Source of the DNA: Oikopleura dioica
Lineage: Eukaryota; Animalia; Chordata
Reading direction: 5' to 3'
Length of the DNA stretch: 64,000 nt
NCBI GenBank assembly: GCA_907165135.1
Contig: OU015568.1
Coordinates: 17,028,477-17,092,476 of the forward strand
Shown here: positions 1-11,964 of the stretch, one piece after another
Layout of the letters: each line of letters starts with the position of its first letter
Numbering within the stretch: the first letter of the stretch is position 1
Notes under the pieces: model-generated
Databases searched by the model: none
What the model was told of the DNA's origin: nothing
What the model saw: the letters and a program-made list of their open reading frames with translations, nothing else
Position numbers and translations under genes: made by a program

Positions 1-1115
1 CCAAGGGAGTTCCTAAATACATTTTATTTCATTTTTCAGTAAAAAAAACATACCGAGAAGACTGACTTGTCTCGCATCAACAGAGACTAGCATCTCTTCC
101 ATCCTTCTTATTTTCTTGACCTTCGAACTTATCTTCGTGGTTGTTTCTTTGGTTTCTGAGCTGGAGAACGCGGAATCGACGAGGTGGCCGTTCCTAAAAT
201 TTAAAAAGTTATTTTTGGGAAGAAATGTCGAAATCATACCTGCCAGGACTTATCTCTCCGCCATTATGCAGCCACAACCACAGCCCGCATACGCTTCTGA
301 TATGAGCCTCGCGCGTAGATCTCCAGCAGCAGAAAAGGGATACAGATAAAGAGAAACAGATGTTTGGGCAGTAGAAGAGCTGAAAAAGACGATCTGTCAC
401 AAGCATACTAGGAAGAGAAATCATTGGGTTAGCAGGGCCAAACTCTCGATCTTGTTGCCATGTGTTTCTTAAATCATAATTATGTAAAATGACAGCAGAT
501 TGGCCCGAAACCGGGCAGCTCGAAGGCGGGACGAAGCTTCACAATTAAGTTATCAATTTTCGTACCGAAGCGCAGAAGTATGAAAAGCAAAAAGGGCCGC
601 GAGTGAGATCCATGAGAACCATCGATCTACCCCTTTTTGCTTCAACAGACGACCTTGCTTTTTCAAATTGAGAACTTAACTGCGACGCCAAGTACCGCTT
701 AGTCCCATCGAGAGCCGCTCCCTTCTGGGCAAACCGGCTCTCATCTTACTTATTATGATAAAAGAAACACATCGGAACAAAAGCAAGAGTTAGGCCCCGC
801 CAATTCAATAATTTCTCCACCAAAAAATGCGAGTTATAATTTCAAATTTGAACTTATGGAATTTGGCAGTGGGACAAATAAGTGACAAAATAATAAATGG
901 GCAGTGAAATTTAAATGATAAATAATTTAAAAAGACAATTTTGTAATGAAATTATAAATGGGCAGTGAAATTTTTATTATACAGAAATAAAAATAAATTT
1001 TCAGAAATAAATTAATTCGAGTAATTGACAAATAACTGAATAGTCGAAATCTTCTTTTTCTTCTTTGAGGAATAAGGGAAAATGCTTTGAGAAAAAGAGC
1101 CAGAGGGAGGTTGAC

Positions 1116-3146
1116 TCAGGCTTGAGGATCCCGAACCGACAAAGAGCCACGGTTCGCCTTGTAGCCTTCTGTTGTTCCACCCTCTAAATGAACCACCTGT
1201 TTAGCCTTGTCAAGAAGTTTTTGACACATGTTATTGATTTTGGACTGGTCAATCTGACTCCACACGAGATTTATGACTTCTCGCGCGTGCTCTAACGAGT
1301 CAAAATACAACTTCTTATTTCTCCCAAGCTCTTCACGAACTTTTGATTTCAAATGTGCCCAAAGGCTGAAATCGAGGGGATTAAGGTCGGGGCTATGGGG
1401 TGGCCACTCATGCATTCTCTTCTCCCGATGTGCCTGTCCCTGTATTTCTCCGCACGCGACGCCGGTGATGCACCGATCTAACGAGAAATGGGCATCGAGG
1501 AACTCCAGACTACTTGCGGAAGTATGCGAGCGAGCTCCGTCTTGTACGTAGACGCGACCGACGAGCTCGCTGGTTCCATCCTCACGGATATGTATGTGTC
1601 CATGGGCCGCGAGGTCCTCGTACCAAGGCTCGAGACAGATCTTCTGGTACCCAAGACTATTCTCTTTAATAGACTTGAGTTTCCCATTTGCTTGCTCCTC
1701 AACAAAAACGCGTAATGAAAGCTTTATATTGTGTCCGATACAACAAGCGATCATTATTTTTGCGTTAAACTTTTTGCTGAAGCTCAGCAAATGTTGAGGA
1801 GGAGCCTCGTTGTCTTTTACCCACCAGCCGAGATTTCGGCCAAATTTCTCTTCACGCATCGAAATTGAGCATTCATCCGTATGCAACAACTGTTGCAGGA
1901 AATCGGGTGTTCTCTCTACCTCTTCCAGCAGCCATTTGCAGAAGGCCAGCCGCTTCTGCTTCGCTTCTTTCGAGAGTTCGGGCTTGGCTTTTCCAAAACG
2001 CTCAAATGAGTAGCCATCTTTCGCAAGAAGCCTGAATACTCGCGAATAGTTGCTCCAGCCTGGCATTCCGAGTTCGGCTAGTGCTTTCCTCAGATTATTA
2101 CTCTGAGCGTAATGGGTTGGAGCCTGTTCGCGCATTTTGTCAACAACAAGCTGAACTTGCTGTTTCTCCTCATCGGTCAGTGGCTTATCATCTGGAATAG
2201 GTTCTTTTGGTCGAATAAAATTTGAAATAGCAAAAGGATTTTTTCTTATCCATTGCTTTTCCTGATTTTTGTCAAGGGAAAATGCTTTATAGCCGTTGTT
2301 CATTGCATCGACCAAGAGAGTGTACCTTTCGATGAATAAGCCTAATATAGCCGCGTTGAACTTTTTCTCGAATGTCACCGGTCCCAGAACAAAGTACTGG
2401 CTGAGATTTGTGCATAAGATTTGGAGATAGATGTACCCAAGATCACTGGATGCAAACTGTTTCCATGTTCGTGGAGATCTGATTACTGGAAGCTCCTCGA
2501 TTCGATCTACATTGATCAGCTTCACCTTATCCCGTACTGATTTTGTTATGTGTATAGGGAATCGGAAATTGAAGCTTTCCATGATTAAATCGAGGAGCCC
2601 TGCGAATTCTTCATCGTCGAGAAGATTCTCGTGGCCTACTACTACCGTTCCTCGCGGAATGAGTGGCCGATCGAGCTGATCGATCGCTTCATTCTGAGTG
2701 GCTTGTGGTTGTGATTGTAAGGCACTTTTTGCAAGCCGAACCATGCTATCTGGAGGTGTCTGTGGCGAGAGGCCGGGAACTAATTCAAGATCATAATGAT
2801 CTTGATTCAGTTGGATTGTTGAGGTGGCTGGTGTGGGGGTCGAGGTTGGGACTTTTGCTGGAGCAGTGCTCGTCTTCTGCTTTTTAGGGGGAGAATGATC
2901 TTCGTCATAGCATGTCTCCTGTGAGTGCTTTTCGACAGCTTTCCCATTAGGGAAATCTTTTGAAAAAGATTTCTGAATGAATCGGGTTTGTTTGGCCTTA
3001 GGGGAGAAAATACTGTATGTTATTTTATAACCCATGTCCTGCTGTAGGTCGATAATCTTCTTGAATGCTGTCTCTGCTTCTTTTAAGAGTTGAGCGATCA
3101 TTCGGTGCTTTTGGACTCGATTGAAAGAACTGCACATTCGTGACAT
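1116..3146 (-). CDS. IS630-Tc1-mariner superfamily DDD transposase (676 aa), DD55D spacing, long N-terminal extension
   Basis: Uninterrupted ORF. Motifs: HTH-like/KPELSKEAKQKRLAFC, LHTDE (D1), YVQDGARSH (D2, codon 1541-1539), WPPHSPDLNPLDFSLW (D3, codon 1373-1371). There are 55 residues between D2 and D3. No TIRs found. Confidence 0.9.
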   Translation of the reverse strand: MSRMCSSFNRVQKHRMIAQLLKEAETAFKKIIDLQQDMGYKITYSIFSPKAKQTRFIQKSFSKDFPNGKAVEKHSQETCYDEDHSPPKKQKTSTAPAKVPTSTPTPATSTIQLNQDHYDLELVPGLSPQTPPDSMVRLAKSALQSQPQATQNEAIDQLDRPLIPRGTVVVGHENLLDDEEFAGLLDLIMESFNFRFPIHITKSVRDKVKLINVDRIEELPVIRSPRTWKQFASSDLGYIYLQILCTNLSQYFVLGPVTFEKKFNAAILGLFIERYTLLVDAMNNGYKAFSLDKNQEKQWIRKNPFAISNFIRPKEPIPDDKPLTDEEKQQVQLVVDKMREQAPTHYAQSNNLRKALAELGMPGWSNYSRVFRLLAKDGYSFERFGKAKPELSKEAKQKRLAFCKWLLEEVERTPDFLQQLLHTDECSISMREEKFGRNLGWWVKDNEAPPQHLLSFSKKFNAKIMIACCIGHNIKLSLRVFVEEQANGKLKSIKENSLGYQKICLEPWYEDLAAHGHIHIREDGTSELVGRVYVQDGARSHTSASSLEFLDAHFSLDRCITGVACGEIQGQAHREKRMHEWPPHSPDLNPLDFSLWAHLKSKVREELGRNKKLYFDSLEHAREVINLVWSQIDQSKINNMCQKLLDKAKQVVHLEGGTTEGYKANRGSLSVRDPQA

Positions 3147-3252
3147 TGTACCTCGACTTCTCTCTATTCGTCTTTATGTGGATTATATAAATTTATTACT
3201 ATAACTCATTTTTTAGTCACGTGAGCTACCCAAAAATCGAAAAAAAAATTAA

Positions 3253-3452
3253 AATTTTTATCAAAGTTCTTCCAGTAAAATATGTTCTTCCACCAGAAAA
3301 AGTCCTCCAGGGGTCCTCCGAGGGTCACATGAAATAATGAAAACCGAAAACCTCCCCCTTAAATTTTTATCATCGGTCTTCCAGTTTTGGTTCTTCTTCC
3401 ACCTAAAGAGTCCTCCAGTTGGGTCCTCCATGAAGTCACGTGGAAAATAAAA
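3253..3452. repeat. Two diverged ~100-bp tandem units (aaatttttatca...cttccacc...gtcctcca...gtcac) between the transposase and the coiled-coil gene; partial third copy near 3715-3750
   Basis: Units starting near 3253 and 3361 align directly. Confidence 0.7.
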
Positions 3453-3624
3453 TTTTAAAAATTATTCTAATATAACCTAACTATTGTTATTTCTAATGAT
3501 AATAATAATAATAAAATAAAATAAGGGTGTCACTTTGCTAACTTATCTAATCCGCTCCTGAATTTCTCTGAAAAGTGAAATTTCAGGGCGGACTTAGGTA
3601 GACGTGCTCAAAAATCTAGAAGAG

Positions 3625-3663
3625 AAGTTAACTTTTGTAAGTTAACTTTCGAAAGTTAACTTT
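3625..3663. promoter_or_regulatory. Three copies of the palindrome AAGTTAACTT at 14-bp period; possible protein-binding array
   Basis: Copies at 3625, 3639 and 3653. Function is inferred only. Confidence 0.4.
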
Positions 3664-3796
3664 CGAGAACATAAGAATTGGTTTTTCTAGACATTCTCGC
3701 TCTTCCTGGTTGCGCGATTCTTCCACCAGGAGGAGGTCCTCCACTAGAGAGGTGTTATATAATTTTTACTGGCAAAAGCAAATCAGTCAGTCAGAT

Positions 3797-6700
3797 ATGC
3801 CAATCGCGGTAGATTGGGCAACAGAGGAGGAGTTTCAGCAAGAAGTACGATGGGCGATCCTCGACTGGCTTGATATTATTCGGCGAAATAGTGGCGGCAC
3901 CATCAAGGAGGAAAAGGAAGAAAATCTTCTTCAGATCGATTTCGCAGCTCGATCAGACCAATCTGCTATTCTCAAAAGAATATTACGACGACATAAAGAG
4001 GAGCGTCAGAAACAAATGGAGAACATCAAAAGAGGAAAAGCCATTGTGAACGCGTAAGTTAATAAGAAAATTCATGAAAAAATAACATACATACCTAGAG
4101 AATCCTCAGGTTCAGAAGACAATGAAAAAAACGCGGAAAGCTATGAGGGCTATGAAGACGCGGATTATCATGAAGAAGATGACGCGGCCAGCGATGCAGG
4201 AACTACAACCCTAGTAAATAGTGAACTTCCGCAGCTTAGTGACATCGAAGCTGAGAGCACCCAAAGAACAATTAACTGGCTTCAAAGCTGCCCAGAACCA
4301 CCAAGTCTGGATAACCTCCATACAAAGCATCAGGAAGAACAACAGAATGAACAGGAACAAGAAGGACGCAAAGCAGTTGAAATGATGGAAGGAAAAAACC
4401 GAGAACTGGAAAAAGAGAGAGATGAGCTAAAAGCCGCAACCGAAGAACTCGCAGCCAAAATTGAACAAAGTGAGGCTAGAAACAGGGCTTCCGAGGCAAA
4501 GAAAGAAATGCTTACTGAACTGCTAGAACAAAAACAGAAAGAAAAAGACCGTCTAATAAAGATGAACGCTGAAGAAGAGGCACTTGAAACAGAAAAAGAA
4601 CTTCTAGCAGACATAGAAAAAGAGCATCAGAGCAAGGCAGAACTACTCGCAATAAAGAAGAAAGAGTGTCAAGAATCGGAAGATAAACGACTTAGAGAAG
4701 AAGAAGATAAGCCACAGGCAGATGAAAAGTCCCAACAGGCAAAGAAATTTGTGAATACTGGAAGAGAAACAGAACAAGAAAAGGAAGATAAACAGCTAGA
4801 AACAGAAGAAGGCAACAAACGCGCAAATGATGAGCTACAACAGGCGGAGCAATTTCAGAAAACTGTCAATGAAGCGGAACAAAGACGTCTCCAAGATGAA
4901 ATCAAGGCAACAGAGGCTAATTATGAAAGGCTTACAAAACTTGCCGAACAAAGACAAGAAGAAAAAGACCGTCCAATAGAGATGGAACAGATGAAAGAAC
5001 TAAAATACGCTGAAGAGAAGAAACAAAGTCAAGAATCGGAAGATAAACAACTTAAAAAAAAAGAAGATAAGCCACAGGAAGATGAAATAACGAAAGAAAA
5101 AACGAAAAATGCGGACGCAGAACAATGCCAAGTCGCGGACAATACGAAGACAGGACAAGAAAGAAAAGATAAACAGCTGGAAACGGAAGAACGCGCTAAT
5201 GATGAGCTACAACAGGCGGAGGAATTTCAGGAAACTGACAATGAAACGGTTCAAAAAAATCTCCAGGACGAAGATAAAAATCATCGGCCAAATACAGATT
5301 ATCAACAAGTCAAGAACAACCAAGTAGAAGAAAAGAATGAAGATCGTGTTCAGCAAGATGTTCTCGATGCGAGGGAGAAAAAAAAGAAACAGCGGAAGGC
5401 AGCAAAACAGAAAAAAAAAGATATGAACCGTCAAGAAATCGAAAAGAAAAGGAAAGAAGAACAGCAAAAGGCAAAAGAAGAAAAAGAAAAAAGACAAAAA
5501 GAAGCAAGGGAAGCTCAGGAAAAAGAACAACAGAAGGCAAAAATGAGAAAGGAGAAGAATTTGCGCGATGAAGTAAAGAAAGAAGAAAAAAGGCGACGAA
5601 AAGCCGAGGAAAAAAACCAACAGCACAATCCAAGTATAAGTGAGAGGAATCAAGAAAAGCGAGCAATTGAATCGCATATCAGAGAGAGCGTCAATAAAAT
5701 AAAAAGTCTTAAGATGTCACTTGGTGAAATTAATGAGCAAGACAAGGCGAAAGAAGAACATAAAAATGATGACCTATTACCTCTTCTTTCTCAAGGTAAG
5801 ATAGAAGAAATTCTATGGAATTATAATTTTTCAGATGGACCTGAACTCGTCGGTCCCGGAGATTCGATGGAAATACAATCAAACGTCAGAAAATGGGTGA
5901 AAGGCATCATGAATCCAGACATGAAGCAACAAACCATCGACAAATATGGATATCGCCGCGAGGAATCTAAACAATCAACGAAGAGCGATCCCTCTGTCAA
6001 TTTAAAAGGCAAACCTCGATCTGAAGAGCCACAGTCAGGCAAAAAAATGGATCCACCTATTCCCGCATCCCTTCTTAGTAGCAAGCAGACCGACGACACC
6101 GAAGAAAACCGGCCAAGAGCACCCAAAGCCATCAGACTTCTCAACTCAGAAGAAGACAATACTGAATCACTGAGCGTAGCTGCCGAAAACAACACGTACC
6201 AAGAAAGCATGTACGAAAGACTCAGGCTCAAAAAATCGGTAAAACCAAAGGACACGTCCGTCAAACGAAAACCGTCCAACAAAGATGCAGCACAAAATGC
6301 CACCAAAAAAACAAAAACAGCTAGCAATGCGAAAGAAGATAAAGATAATCTCGACGCACAAGGGAATGAAGACAAAACCGAGCGATCAGCGAAACAAAAT
6401 AAAGCTCCCTCGGCAAAAACTAAAAGGTAACAAATAATTTCCGCGGTACAGAACATAATCATGATCAATAGGAAAAATTTACATGATCGATGCGAGGCAT
6501 TGGCTAAAAAAAAGCGAGAAGAATGGAACAAGAATAAACGAGCAGCTAAAGATCAATGTGGAGATGACGCTTACGATAGCCGAACAGTCAATCCAATAAA
6601 AACAAGCGTTAAGAAGATTGAAAATTTTAGACTCCCAAACCCAAATAATAGGATGACCACACGAGACAAATTAGCAAAAATTAGGAAAAGAGAAATGGAG

Positions 6701-6993
6701 AAAGAAAGTCAAAGACATGACACAAAACAACAGAGCAAAAAGCAAAGAGTCGAAACTCAGAAAGAAAACAAGCCAACAAACGGAAGCAAGTCAGTGCCTA
6801 ACGAATCCCCAGGAAAGATTTATATATAAATAGGGCCGACGACATCTAATTAAAACAAGATATATAAATCAACAAAACAGACGAACCGGGAAAATCAAAA
6901 TCCACAGAAAAGGACGAGCAAAGAACACAGTCAGTAGAGCCAAGCGATTCTTTTATGACCGAATATATGAAGAGTATTCGCAAAAAAAAATAA
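3797..6993 (+). CDS. Unknown ~1,000-aa E/K/Q-rich coiled-coil/low-complexity protein, 4 predicted exons, with an internal ~120-aa duplication
   Basis: ORFs 3710-4057, 4382-6430 and 6461-6829 join in frame through GT-AG introns 4054-4098 and 6427-6471. A GA-AG intron 6813-6880 leads to a last exon DEPGKSKS...SIRKKK*. The segment QESEDK..EDKPQ..DKQLETEE..RANDELQQAE is present twice. Confidence 0.65.
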
Positions 6994-8146
6994 ATTCTCC
7001 ATACACCTTGTACATATACAACTCATAAGTTCTTCAAGATCTTGAGTCAGATTGACCGAATAAATCATAATACACATGCGATATCAAAACGTCTGTAAAA
7101 ATGGGATAATTCACATCTTGGATTATCGCCATCGACTTATTTCTTGTAAGGAAGCGTTAATTGTACCCAGAGTAATCACGGAGCCTCGCCACTATCAGTC
7201 TCATGCCACGATAATAGTGCAGCAAGTCAAGAAGTTTTATTTTGCAGTAATTGGAGGTAACCACAGCTTGTAGCAGGACAAAACGATCAACGCATAAATA
7301 GAAATAAACTCACCGAGAGTGAGTGTTCAGAGAAAAACCGCGGAGTGATAAAGAAAGCCGCAAAAATAAATTAAGGATGAAAAAGGATGTGGAATGAAAA
7401 AATTTTTGGTTGACATAAAATGTCAACCAATTAATAAAAAAGAATTAAATTGCTGTGAAATTTCTAGATTATCGAAAATCATGTCATAATCGACGAAATT
7501 CTAAAAACCATAAAGGTAAATAAACCTGCGTCTTTATAATTAAATAAAACAAAAATTAATCGTTACAAAAAAATAATCTAAGGTGTTTAGCATCTTGTTG
7601 TCACACAGGTTAATAATTAGATTATTTACTTCATCAATTAAAATGGTCGGCATTAAAAATGCTTCATAAGTGCCAGTCATACCAACCAGCTGGCTATTTG
7701 TCGCGTCATTATGAATACTTAAGCGCCGCGGATAAACTAGTCACTGGGAAGACAATTCCAGGTGGTTCCACAAAGTTTGCAGCATTAATTTCCGCGGCAA
7801 TCATTTACACCAGGACAGCTGTTAGAGTTTTGCTGATGCAAGCAAAGTTAAACGTCGGAAATTCGATCTAAAAAAGATCAAATTTAAAAGTGAGAGCTTT
7901 TCCAAAGCTGGATAAAAGTTATAATAGGGCGCTAACTAGAGAATTGGTATTGGAAACAGTATAACAGAAACTTTTATTACTTTATCATAAGCTTTTAATT
8001 AAAATATTATATAAAATACAATTTCTTTCTTTTTTTTATGGTTTCCTTTATTTTGATCAATATGTTTACGCTTCTTATTTCCGCGACCGTAGCAGGCCAG
8101 CATAATTTAAAAACACAGCAATCAATCACTTTTACTGCAGTCTGGA

Positions 8147-8445
8147 CTATTTGACAAAGACAGCATTTACAAGTGCGGATTTACGTTTTCTTATCGATAA
8201 CCGATTATCTACCGCCGCATCTGTATGAAACAAGTGTCGGAACAGTCCGCTTCCAGCACTTAAAAATCCATTAATTCGTCCGTTAACTTGGTGCTTCAAA
8301 TACTTGATTTCATATCCAGCGTTGAGTTCTAGCTGCCGGCAAGAGTCCAGATCGCATTTGTGCACGATTCACGGGTAAAGCCTTTGATGGCGAAGTTGTT
8401 GGACTCGGTCGCGCCGCTCATAAAGATGATTTCTCGGGGATTCAT
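8147..8445 (-). pseudogene. Decayed cysteine desulfurase (NFS1/IscS family) fragment
   Basis: Translations PREIIFMSGATESNNFAIKG, HKCDLDSCRQLE and FHTDAA match NFS1/IscS motifs. There is a frameshift after AIKG, internal deletions, and the SGHK PLP-lysine motif is not retained. Confidence 0.75.
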
Positions 8446-8888
8446 TTGATAAAACGCAAATTTACACCGCACGCTCCTTTCTTCTAAGATTTCTTGACCT
8501 ACTCCCAAAAACAGTTTAATCCTTCAAATTTTGTAATAAATAAATAAAAAACTTAACAATCAGAAACCATAATTAATAAGAAAATTAATTATGTTTTAAA
8601 TTATGTTTTAATTGTCTTTTAGGATTGAAAACATAACTGAATTTCCTTCTTTTGATTATCAATTCCCTTTTTAAAGAGAATACAAACGCAAACACGTAGC
8701 GACCAAAGTGACCAAGTGACAGTCACGGAAAGTCACAACGCGTAACAAGACAGACATCAGCTAGTAAAACAGCACCCCGGTTCTAGTGCACAAGAATCCA
8801 CTATCCGATAAATACACCAATCTGCGTGGGCAAAAAGCGTAGGCAAACATATGACCCGTTAAAAAACATAACCTGTTAATAAGTAAAA

Positions 8889-11800
8889 ATGCAATTCGTT
8901 GAAACCATCAATATATGTGGCGTCGACGTGCGATTTCCATACAAACCTTATCCACAACAAATAGAGATGATGAGAAAGAGTATCGACTCACTCAAAAATA
9001 GGTAAATAAAAAAAAAATAATAGAAAATAAAAAAATCAATGAGGTCAAACGCGGCACTCGAATCACCAACTGGATCAGGAAAAACGATAACCTTACTGGC
9101 GTCGGTGCTTGCATTCAGAGAATATGCGGAGAAACAAAGTGACCTCAATGAAGAAGAAATCCCAGATATAATATATGCCTCAAGGAATGAATCAAATTAA
9201 ATATGACAATTTATATAGACGAATAATATAATCACTTCTAAAAAAGAACACATACACAGTTGTCGCAAGTTGTCGATGAACTGAAGAAGCTCCGAGATGT
9301 TTGCAATTATAAATTCAGTATGACAGTTATAGGAGGAAGAAAGAATTTATGTGTAAAAAATGATGTCAAAAATATAACAAACAATACGGAACAGCAGATG
9401 AGCTGCAGAAGAATGCGCCGGAACAATCTATGCCCATATAAAAGAGAAGCAGATAAACTAATCTCAATCGCAAAAGGAGAGAAAAAAACGGATCACATGA
9501 ATAATACATCAACTGACGCGGAAAAGGCTAAGAAGCACGATAAAGAAGAGTTAATAAACTCCATGGACCAAATTATGGACATAGAAGAGCTAGGATCTTG
9601 GTGTGGCAACCCACCAGAGCCCGTTAAAAAGTTTTTAGGAAAGGTTGACAGAAACTTAAAAAGCACAATTATATAAAGCGTCAACCACAAAAGCACACCA
9701 ATCAATCGAAGGAGAGAAAGTATGCGGTTATTATCTAACACGAGGAAAAGCAGATTCGGTCAATATATCCTTGATGCCATACAACTACATACTCGACAAA
9801 AAAATAAAAAACAACACGAAGATTAACACAACTCAGAAAATAGTCATTATTGACGAAGCTCACAATCTAGAAGCAGTCTGTGAGGAGAGCTCTTCGCACT
9901 ACCTGACAAGAAAAAACATAGCTTTAGCGCGGGAAGAGCTGAGAGAAGCAAAGATCAAATACGAGAAAGAAGAGAGTACAGTAGACTTATCATTGACTCC
10001 TGGGATAATGAACAAAGTCATTGAAGGTATCCAACTTCGGATAATTAACTGAATAAAACTCGTTTCTAGGAATAAAAAAACTTGAATATATCTACGCGCA
10101 AAACTTTGACAACATAGACAAAGAGAATGGAGAAACCTTTAATATATCGATGCTATTAAAAGACGCGGAAAAAACAGGATTGATGGGGATAACGACTGAA
10201 AACTGGATAAATCTTTCAAAAAACGTCATTCTATACTTTTCGAAAACAAAGCAAAAAACACCTCTGTCAGGTAAAAATCAAAAACATCACAAAAAAATTA
10301 TAATTAAGGAACAAATTTTGAAATATTCGCCTATATGATGGAGGAATTACATGCCATTCGCGACAACTACACGCAAAACGAGTAAGTATTAGATAATCAG
10401 TCTATACCACTTGATCAGCGGAACGATTATAGTTAACATGCTAAATTGACAGTAGAATAATAATTTCAGTTACAAAAGTCGATTATGCAGAGACGAAACC
10501 GACAGAAAAGGTTACAAACTGATGATATGGTGCTTCAACGCTAAATATGCGATAGAAGCTCTAACAAAAGTAATTTGTTGAATTAAAATGATTAAAATTA
10601 AATTTAATTAAGGAAGGAGAAGTCTACAATCTTATACTTACATCTGGGACACTTTCACCGCTTAAAACATACATCAAAACACTTGGACTCGACATAAAAA
10701 CAACTATCCAACTTCAAAACGATCACATCATCAATGCGGAACAACTTCTAGCGATTACAATAACCGGCTACGAAAACACAGAATTCAGAAATATTTATAA
10801 ACAAAGAGACAATCAAGACATGTTTATGAATTACGCGAAAATAATACGTAATAAAAAAAAATCAATTTAATCAATTTAACATATTTTAAGAAAAAATAAA
10901 AGAAGTTGCGCCCGGAGGATGCCTCGTTTTTCATCCAACATACAAATGCATGGAAAAATCGATGAAAATTTGGAAAATAAATACAACAAATGAAACATTT
11001 AATAATATGTTCAATCTCCCGGTATTTGCGGAACCAGTTAACAAAGAAGAAACCGAAAGAATCATTGAGAGCTACGAGCGCGAAATAGAACACAACGAAA
11101 AAAAGGGTGCGATAATGAATGGAGTATGCAGAGGAAAACTATCTGAAGGGATAGATTTTAAAGATGCACGCGCGAGAGTGGTAGTAGTGACAGGTAAATC
11201 TAAGCACAACACACATGAAAACACATGTAGGAATACCATATCCTCCAATGCAAGACCCCAAGATAAAAGAAAAGATGGCTTATTTGGACAAGAGACAACG
11301 AGAAGAAGATGATAACATAACCGGAAAAGAGTGGTATAAACAAGGAAAGTCTACATATTATAAGATGCAAGCGCAAGCTTTTTGCCAATGAGCATTTCAA
11401 ATATATAGACAAAACAGAAGCAAACAAAGCCATCAACCAAGCAGTAGGCAGAATTATACGACACAGAGATGACTTCGGAGCAATAATTTACCTAGACGCT
11501 AGGTTTACTAAGAAGGAGTCGGATAATTTCAAATATATGCCGGCATGGGTTAAAAGAAGCCACTACGTAACAGTAAGTATTAAAAAAATGCATTTTAAAC
11601 TCAAAGTTTGCAGACAAGCAAAAGGTCGATTGGAGAAGTACGAAAATTCTTCAATAAAATGGAAGCAAAACAAAGATGCGGCAAATTGGCAATGCCAAAA
11701 TCATTAAAAGAAGAACGAGAAAACAAAAAAAGAAAAAAAATTGTGATAAGGAAAGAAACAACAAAACAAAAAAACAGACGACTTGATCTAGAATGGGAAA

Positions 11801-11964
11801 CACTATACAAACCAATCTCCAATCCACCATCAGCATTACCCATCTTTACACAACCAGAAGCAACAACATTCATCAAGCACACGCCAAAAAAATCATCACG
11901 AAAATATGCCATAGAATTTGGACCGACAATAACAATGACGTGTGACCAAACTGCCATTGAATAA
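8889..11964 (+). CDS. RTEL1: RTEL1-type (XPD/DinG family) Fe-S DEAH helicase, multi-exon, reading frame intact
   Basis: Motifs: GVDVRFPYKPY, ESPTGSGKT, IIYASRTHTQL, four Fe-S Cys (NLC, SC, LCPY, CGYY), MPYNYILD, DEAHN, ILTSGTLSP, VCRGKLSEGIDF, NQAVGRIIRHRDDFGAI. YASRTH, MPYNY and CEES favour RTEL1 over FANCJ. Exons join in frame with GT-AG introns plus GA-AG introns 9185-9246, 11345-11417 and probably 9639-9678. Confidence 0.85.

Noticed and set aside
780-1010. Possible transposase TIR (AAATGGGCAGTGAAATTT twice, then TACAG)
   Set aside because: No convincing inverted partner near 3200-3700 or 14300-14460; only short AT-rich matches.
4330-6531. Minus-strand F/L/S-rich ORFs (4330-4614, 5207-5677, 5310-5666, 5821-6531)
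   Set aside because: Antisense shadows of the purine-rich coiled-coil gene.
7000-7900. Further NFS1 C-terminal relics (e.g. VARLRD, RISD)
   Set aside because: Resemblance too weak to support without an alignment.
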